Origin: Oculina patagonica
Taxonomy: Eukaryota
NCBI RefSeq assembly: GCF_052425735.1
Contig: NC_135758.1
Span: forward strand, 28,024,001 to 28,088,000
Length of the DNA: 64,000 bases
Direction: 5' to 3'
This document shows positions 59,055-64,000 of the stretch, piece after piece. The notes beneath the pieces were generated by a model, which saw nothing but the letters and a program-made list of their open reading frames with translations, did not search any database and was not told the origin of the DNA. How positions within the stretch are numbered: position 1 is the first letter of the stretch; each line of letters begins with the position of its first letter. The position numbers and the translations under genes were made by a program.

Positions 59055-62000
59055 TATTGATTGATTTTGTAATTATCTTTAGGTCAGTGTCGTGACACGG
59101 GCAGGTATTGCAGCTACCACGTTCCTCGCGGAGATTGCGACAGGCTGGAGATTGTCAGACAGAAATGTAAAAAGAGTTGCGGTTTATGTGGAGGAGGTAA
59201 TACTTAGCGTGACAATAGTAACAATGAGCTGAAATACATTAACTTTAGTATACACGCTAGCTAGTTCCATGTCGTATGGAAAGAGATCAAACGGCCATGC
59301 TAAAAGTAATATTCCTTCAATTTTATTTCAATACTCTTTTCCCTCCCTGCAGGAACCCCGCCACCGAACACTAACCCTCCTCCACCTCCACCTCCGGACA
59401 CCGACATGCCGCCAACCCCACCTCCACCAAACACCGATATGCCGCCAACCCCGCCTCCACCAGATACGGACGCGCCGCCGCCTCCTCCTCCACCAGACAC
59501 GGACGCGCCGCCGACTCCGGTACCTCCAGGTCTGTACTCATGTGCACAGGTTTATAAATCATCCAGGTCCGTTTGCATCCATTTAAAAAGCCGGACTCAT
59601 AGGGGCTTCATAGATCATTTACATCTTTTGGTAAAAACTTTACATTTACGAGAAAAATGCAATTGTCGCTTGTACATTTGCTTCTAGGTTATGGGTCACG
59701 ATCGTTATGAAACGATTTCCTTTGGTGATCACCAAAAGCTGAAAAATTCGACTAGAGGAAACTATTTTCCTAATTAAGGTACCCCTTTGCCCTTCTCATT
59801 TACACCATTGTCTCTTTCAGATCCTGATTGTCGTGACACAGGCAGGTATTGTAGCTACCACGTTCCTCGTGGCGATTGTGACAGGCTGGAGATTGTCAGA
59901 CAGAAATGTAAAAAGAGTTGCGGTCTATGTGGAGGAGGTAATTGTGAAACTGGAAATTGTTTTCAGGACAAATAAATCTGACTTTTACGGCAAAGAACCT
60001 TCGAACCGTCGAGTACGATTGGTGAACGAACCTATATCAACAAAACTTCAGCTGAAAAGCCAATAAAAGTACATAAGTACATAATTTATTCCTAACCCTC
60101 ACCTAGGAAATAGCCAACTGGTCAGCCTCCTACCGGCTGAGGTTTTTTAATATGTTATGTTTATTTANNNNNNNNNNNNNNNNNNNNNNNNNNNNNNNNN
60201 NNNNNNNNNNNNNNNNNNNNNNNNNNNNNNNNNNNNNNNNNNNNNNNNNNNNNNNNNNNNNNNNNNNNNNNNNNNNNNNNNNNNNNNNNNNNNNNNNNNN
60301 NNNNACATGACATAACATAACAAAACATACAGTCAAATCTCTCTTAACGGACACCTCTATATATAAGACAGACACCTCTCTTTAATACGGACACCTAGTG
60401 TTGGTCCCGTCCCTGCCGTGTCTCAGTCATTTTCCTGTGAACTCCCTATAAGACAGGCACCTCTCTAAGACAGACAGTTGGAGCCGGTCCCAACAGTGTC
60501 CGTTTTAGACTGAATTAACTGTAAACTTTTTTTCTCTCGAAACTTGACAGTAGCTTTTAGCTAATATTATTAATATTAGTAGCTAACATCTTCGAGAATA
60601 CAATAAAAAAAGTTTAAAAAGGTTGAGTGGCATGCCAAGAAACTAGATTTGCGCTAACGTGCATGTCCACTTTAATAATAAATTAACTTACACTTTTGTT
60701 TCTTCCACAGTAATCCCGCCACCAACCAATCCCCCTCCACCACCACCTCCAGATACCGACATGCCGCCGACCGGGCCTCCGCCTCCTCCAAATACAAACC
60801 AACCCCCTGCTAGTAAGTAAGCAACTTTTTCGGTGTACGTGTCTTGTTTAACAGTAACCATTCATACAACAGAAACTGATATAAAGGGTATGGTTTTAGT
60901 CATCTCAATATCATAGCCACACAAAAGCAGTTTCTAAAAGCTACCCACCGCTTATTAGAATAAGGGCACTTATCAGAATGGGGGGGGGCGCTTATTCGGA
61001 AAGGGGCGCTTATTGGAAGGAGGGCTCTAAATCGAATCATTACAGTAACTATAAATTTAAAGTGGCATCGAATACATTCCTTTTAGAATTCAACTAAACA
61101 AGCTGCAGTCGATGCAATAGCATGTCGAAAAGCTAACGTGAGCAATTCAACTCTATGTTACAGTGATTAGCATCGTTCTCATTTGTCCTCGAAACATTAG
61201 TGCAAAGTCAACTGAAGGTTATAGTAATGATGCGTGGGGGCATTATCTTGCTAAATAATAAAGTTTTCTCAGTAAATGTATTGTATAAAGTGTACATAAA
61301 GAGGTCTGTTTACAGTGACCATCCCTATCATTGTTACTCAGGCTCCTGTGGCGTTTCGCCACTCGGACACAGCCGTGTGATTGGAGGAGATGACGCTACA
61401 CCAGGTGCCTGGCCGTGGCAGGTTGGTGAACTAATCATAACCGCTAGCTTTTTTCTTAAAGGGACTGTGTCACGGATTTAAGCTAATTTTAGGCATGGGA
61501 AATGAGCATCAACTTTCGCAAAATATTAAAAAAGCTTCTTAAAACAGTGAAGGAACATTTCAACAACACAGCAAATACAAAAGAAGGTACGGATGGCGAA
61601 AAGTGACGAAGATTGAAATGGATTGCGATATAGTCTTTTGAAATGTTGTTGGGCTGAACAGTTTTCAAAGTTAGCTTCGTTTACCTGTAACTTTAAATTA
61701 TAATGCCCAGGAGACAAATTTGGTTGCAATGAAGCTATGGTTTTGTCATTTCGATCCAGAGAAGTAATTTGTTTTCAAAAAGTAAGTTTCAGAGAGAGTT
61801 TTCGGCAAAACTTAATAAAATAAACTTTAATCAGCCGTGACACAACCCCTTTAATGAATGTTATTTTGATCCTAACACGCCTCTTTTGTTAATGTTCCTT
61901 TTAATGCGCTCAAGGTTGGCTTGCATACCAGTCGCGGAGGATTTTTCTGCGGTGGAACGTTGATAACACCAGAATGGGTTGTCACGGCAGCGCATTGCAT

Positions 62001-63636
62001 TTCAAGCATGTGAGTTGTATTTTAGGGGACTAAAAACAATTGGACTAAATTTTAAGGGGTTATGGTTACCATTAAGCCTGCTACTCATTGGAGGTGCGGG
62101 GATCTGCTCCCCCCTCTTGTACCTGTGTAACTGAATGGAATAGGTGATGATCCTGGCTGCTACTCGCCAACTATATCATCGTCATCATTATCATCATTTA
62201 ACCATTCTCCTGGTATATAAATGGGGTAGGGGTCTTTCCACTGCAATACTACGTGACATACCTGCCTGTCTATTAGAAATGAAATGGGTCTCTTACAGTA
62301 AGGCAAATAAGAATACAATAAGTGACAGCTAGTACCCCTTTCATAGTGAAGGGGTGCACGACTGGTACCCGTTGTATCACTTAGATAAAATCCCTATTTG
62401 GGGCAGTTGATTTGACCTCTTCTCTTAACGGACATTGTGGTGGACTAACTGTCTACCTGAAGTCATTAAGAGCACTATTAAGTAGGTATAATTCACTTCT
62501 TTTATGACACCGGCGAAATTTCTTGCATTATTTTCCAGTGATTTGAGTACTTGCTATGATAAATCTTGTAAGAAGTGGGTTTGTGCTAATAAGAATAAAA
62601 GTGTCTTTTCCTTGGCTGTATTTCTCAACCGATTTCGTTTTGTGCGCCAGGAGTCCCTCATATTATGTGCTCCGTCTGGGAGATCACAACCGACACAGAA
62701 ACGAGGGAACAGAACAGAATATCGCCGCCTCAAGAGTTATCAAACACCCAGCATATGACAGCAGACGAACTAACAATGACATAGCTCTTATCAAGCTTTC
62801 GCGAGCTGTCAACATCAATGACCGCGTATCGCCGGCATGTCTCCCAGAAGCAAACTACATTGTTCCACCGGGGACCAATTGCTACATCACTGGTCAGTCT
62901 ATAGGGTTTACGGTCAAATGTAGTTTTTCAATGATTTTTTACAATGTTTACAGGTATTTTTATTACTTCTAGTCATAGTGGGATGCACGGTGCGTTTAAC
63001 TCGGAAATGGAAGGTTCGCGATATTCGAGCTTGTACATTATGTTGTGTTCTATTGGGCAAGGCACTTTAATGCTTTTTTCCATCCGGGGTTACGTACAGT
63101 TGTGCACCGGGGATTTATTCAGGAGGGTGGGGAGAAGAAGTACTCCTAGACGCCTAATACTACAGTGACCGGAGTAAGGAAAAGCACCAACCTTTATGTG
63201 CCACAAGTCTAATCCTGTTCTTTAGGACTATAGGGATCTAGAATGCTTACTTGATTCGTTTTGTTTTTTCTTTTGCATAGTACCTACATACATACTTTAT
63301 TTGAAATAGGTTAAACTAAAGGCAGCCAGAGGCTGATGTGGACCTACATTAAGCTACAAGACTAATTGTAAACAGTATATAAGAATTAGAAACAATCTAG
63401 AAACACGGAGTACAACTTTTAACTTATATTACAGCATGACTTTAGTCATTCATGATGTATGAAACTTTGCAATAAAAGCGTTTGACTCCTTAAGGTTTGG
63501 CACTAACTGACCGATTTTTTTTGATTTTTTTTTTTAATTGCAGGTTGGGGTAAAATAAGACATCCAGGTAACTCACATCACACTCTTCAGCAGGCCAAAA
63601 TATCTCCAGTGTCAGAATCGGATTGCAAAAGAAAAA
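51573..63636 (+). CDS. Secreted astacin-ShK-Pro-ShK-Pro-trypsin (S1A) dual protease; 3' end lies beyond the window
   Basis: Exons 51573-51630, 53447-53617, 54840-54966, 55584-55675, 56061-56144, 57051-57193, 58513-58639, 59083-59196, 59353-59529, 59821-59937, 60711-60812, 61342-61421, 61915-62009, 62651-62892, 63544-63636 join in frame without a stop. Motifs: [28 protein letters not shown], two ShK, CG...[46 protein letters not shown] at 51525. Confidence 0.9.
51666..52473. mobile_element. MITE (GGGGGACATTGGGG termini) with a nested MITE at 51703-52110
   Basis: Outer TIR GGGGGACATTGGGG / CCCCAATGTCCCCC with AGTATTG on both flanks; inner TIR CATCCCAATAAAATGTTTC...TTCCCATCGCCC / GGGCGATGGGAA...GAAACATTTTATTTGGATG. 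Confidence 0.75.
52494..52690 (+). mobile_element. Decayed tRNA-derived SINE
   Basis: TAATGGTTAG, GTCCGGGTTCGAG, GGGTCATT...; same family as 42478-42652. Confidence 0.7.
53720..53959. mobile_element. Penelope-like pLTR remnant as a 207-bp near-perfect palindrome (53753-53959)
   Basis: Arms are exact reverse complements around (TAG)5-TA-(CTA)6; flanking direct repeat GGTTCATATCCTTA (53706-53719, 53953-53966); hammerhead core in each arm. Confidence 0.75.
53869..53906 (+). ncRNA. Minimal type I hammerhead ribozyme motif (mirror copy on the minus strand at ~53806-53843)
   Basis: Stem I TACTA/TAGTA, CTGATGA, stem II GGCA/TGCC, GAAA, palindromic ACGT, cleavage triplet GTT. Confidence 0.7.
56540..56924. 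mobile_element. TTAA-target MITE (Kolobok-like termini), copy A
   Basis: TTAA-AGAGACTGTGTCA ... TGACACAGTCCC-TTAA; internally similar to 61460-61850. Confidence 0.8.
57420..57680 (+). mobile_element. Penelope-like element 3' remnant with degenerate hammerhead motif (57621-57658)
   Basis: Translates [47 protein letters not shown] (GIY-YIG C-terminus, compare KETLYIHELQPSLN at 30.8 kb); CAC-TTGACAA-T-GACATC/GATGTT-TAAACGTC-GTA. Confidence 0.75.
57835..58392. mobile_element. piggyBac-like MITE remnant (right end intact)
   Basis: Ends TTGCTTGTACGTCCGAGGG-TTAA; left TIR not identifiable, so the left boundary is approximate. Confidence 0.55.
58763..58917. other. Assembly gap
   Basis: Run of N inside an intron of the dual protease gene. 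Confidence 1.
58927..59066. repeat. (TTCC)n/(ATTG)n microsatellites
   Basis: Tetranucleotide arrays just before the first ShK exon. Confidence 0.9.
60168..60304. other. Assembly gap
   Basis: Run of N inside an intron of the dual protease gene. Confidence 1.
60330..60521. mobile_element. Tc1/mariner-type MITE
   Basis: TA-CAGTCAAATCTCTCTTAACGGACAC ... GTGTCCGTTTTAGACTGAATTAACTG-TA with internal GACACCTCT repeats. Confidence 0.75.
61460..61850. mobile_element. TTAA-target MITE (Kolobok-like termini), copy B
   Basis: TTAA-AGGGACTGTGTCACGG ... CCGTGACACAACCCCT-TTAA. Confidence 0.85.
62978..63180 (+). mobile_element. Strongly decayed tRNA-derived SINE
   Basis: CATTATGTTGTGTTCTATTGGGCAAGGCACTTTA and GAAGTACTCCTAG blocks shared with the other SINE copies. 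Confidence 0.55.
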
Positions 63637-63651
63637 GTAAGTCACGTTTTA

Positions 63652-63937
63652 TAGAGCAGTTTTCAATTGAGTGTCGTAAAACCAAAACCAAAGTAATTAC
63701 TCTAGCCAATCACAAAGAACACTGACAATCCAGTGAACCAATCAAAAACTCGAAGCAAATACATGTAGCTGGCATGAAGCGCGGGAAAACGTTCGCGAGC
63801 GAGTCACGATTGGTTTTGGTTTTACTTCTGATTGGCTAAGAAAGTGGCGCGAGATTTTTAAGCCAATCACTAAGAGTAGTAATGCAAAACCAAAGCAAAC
63901 GCAATTTACTTTCGACACTCAAGTGAAAACCGCTCTA
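63652..63937. mobile_element. MITE (TAGAGC...GCTCTA)
   Basis: TIR TAGAGCAGTTTTCAATTGAGTGTCG / CGACACTCAAGTGAAAACCGCTCTA; inserted 15 nt into an intron. Confidence 0.88.
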
Positions 63938-64000
63938 TACTGCTGATCAAAAACTAAATTCTCCTTTCAATATCATTACATAGTCAGAAACACTACTTTT

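Noticed and set aside
59300-59500. Gly-rich minus-strand ORF
   Set aside because: Antisense shadow of the proline-rich exon.

Overview
Eukaryotic, AT-rich, intron-containing genomic DNA with three assembly gaps. The repeat families and gene content suggest a cnidarian, probably a stony coral (inference). From left to right the window holds: (1) a tandemly duplicated ~650-bp promoter/exon-like unit, whose second copy was hit by a TA-target MITE and by a complete BEL/Pao LTR retrotransposon (identical 230-bp LTRs, 5-bp TSD, tRNA-Tyr PBS, one polyprotein with an unusual N-terminal SAP-like domain); (2) a cluster of class A GPCRs with intronless coding regions: two intact paralogues with melanocortin/MECA-like architecture, one pseudogene and one neuropeptide-type receptor; (3) three or four candidate genes for ~65-aa single-pass membrane microproteins; (4) two tandem astacin genes, one astacin-ShK and one astacin-ShK-Pro-ShK-Pro-trypsin dual protease that runs off the window. 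Scattered throughout are MITEs, tRNA-derived SINEs, a decayed LINE and three Penelope-like remnants carrying hammerhead ribozyme motifs, one of them as a ~200-bp palindrome inside an astacin intron. All exon structures were derived by hand from splice signals, phase continuity and protein motifs; no database searches were run.
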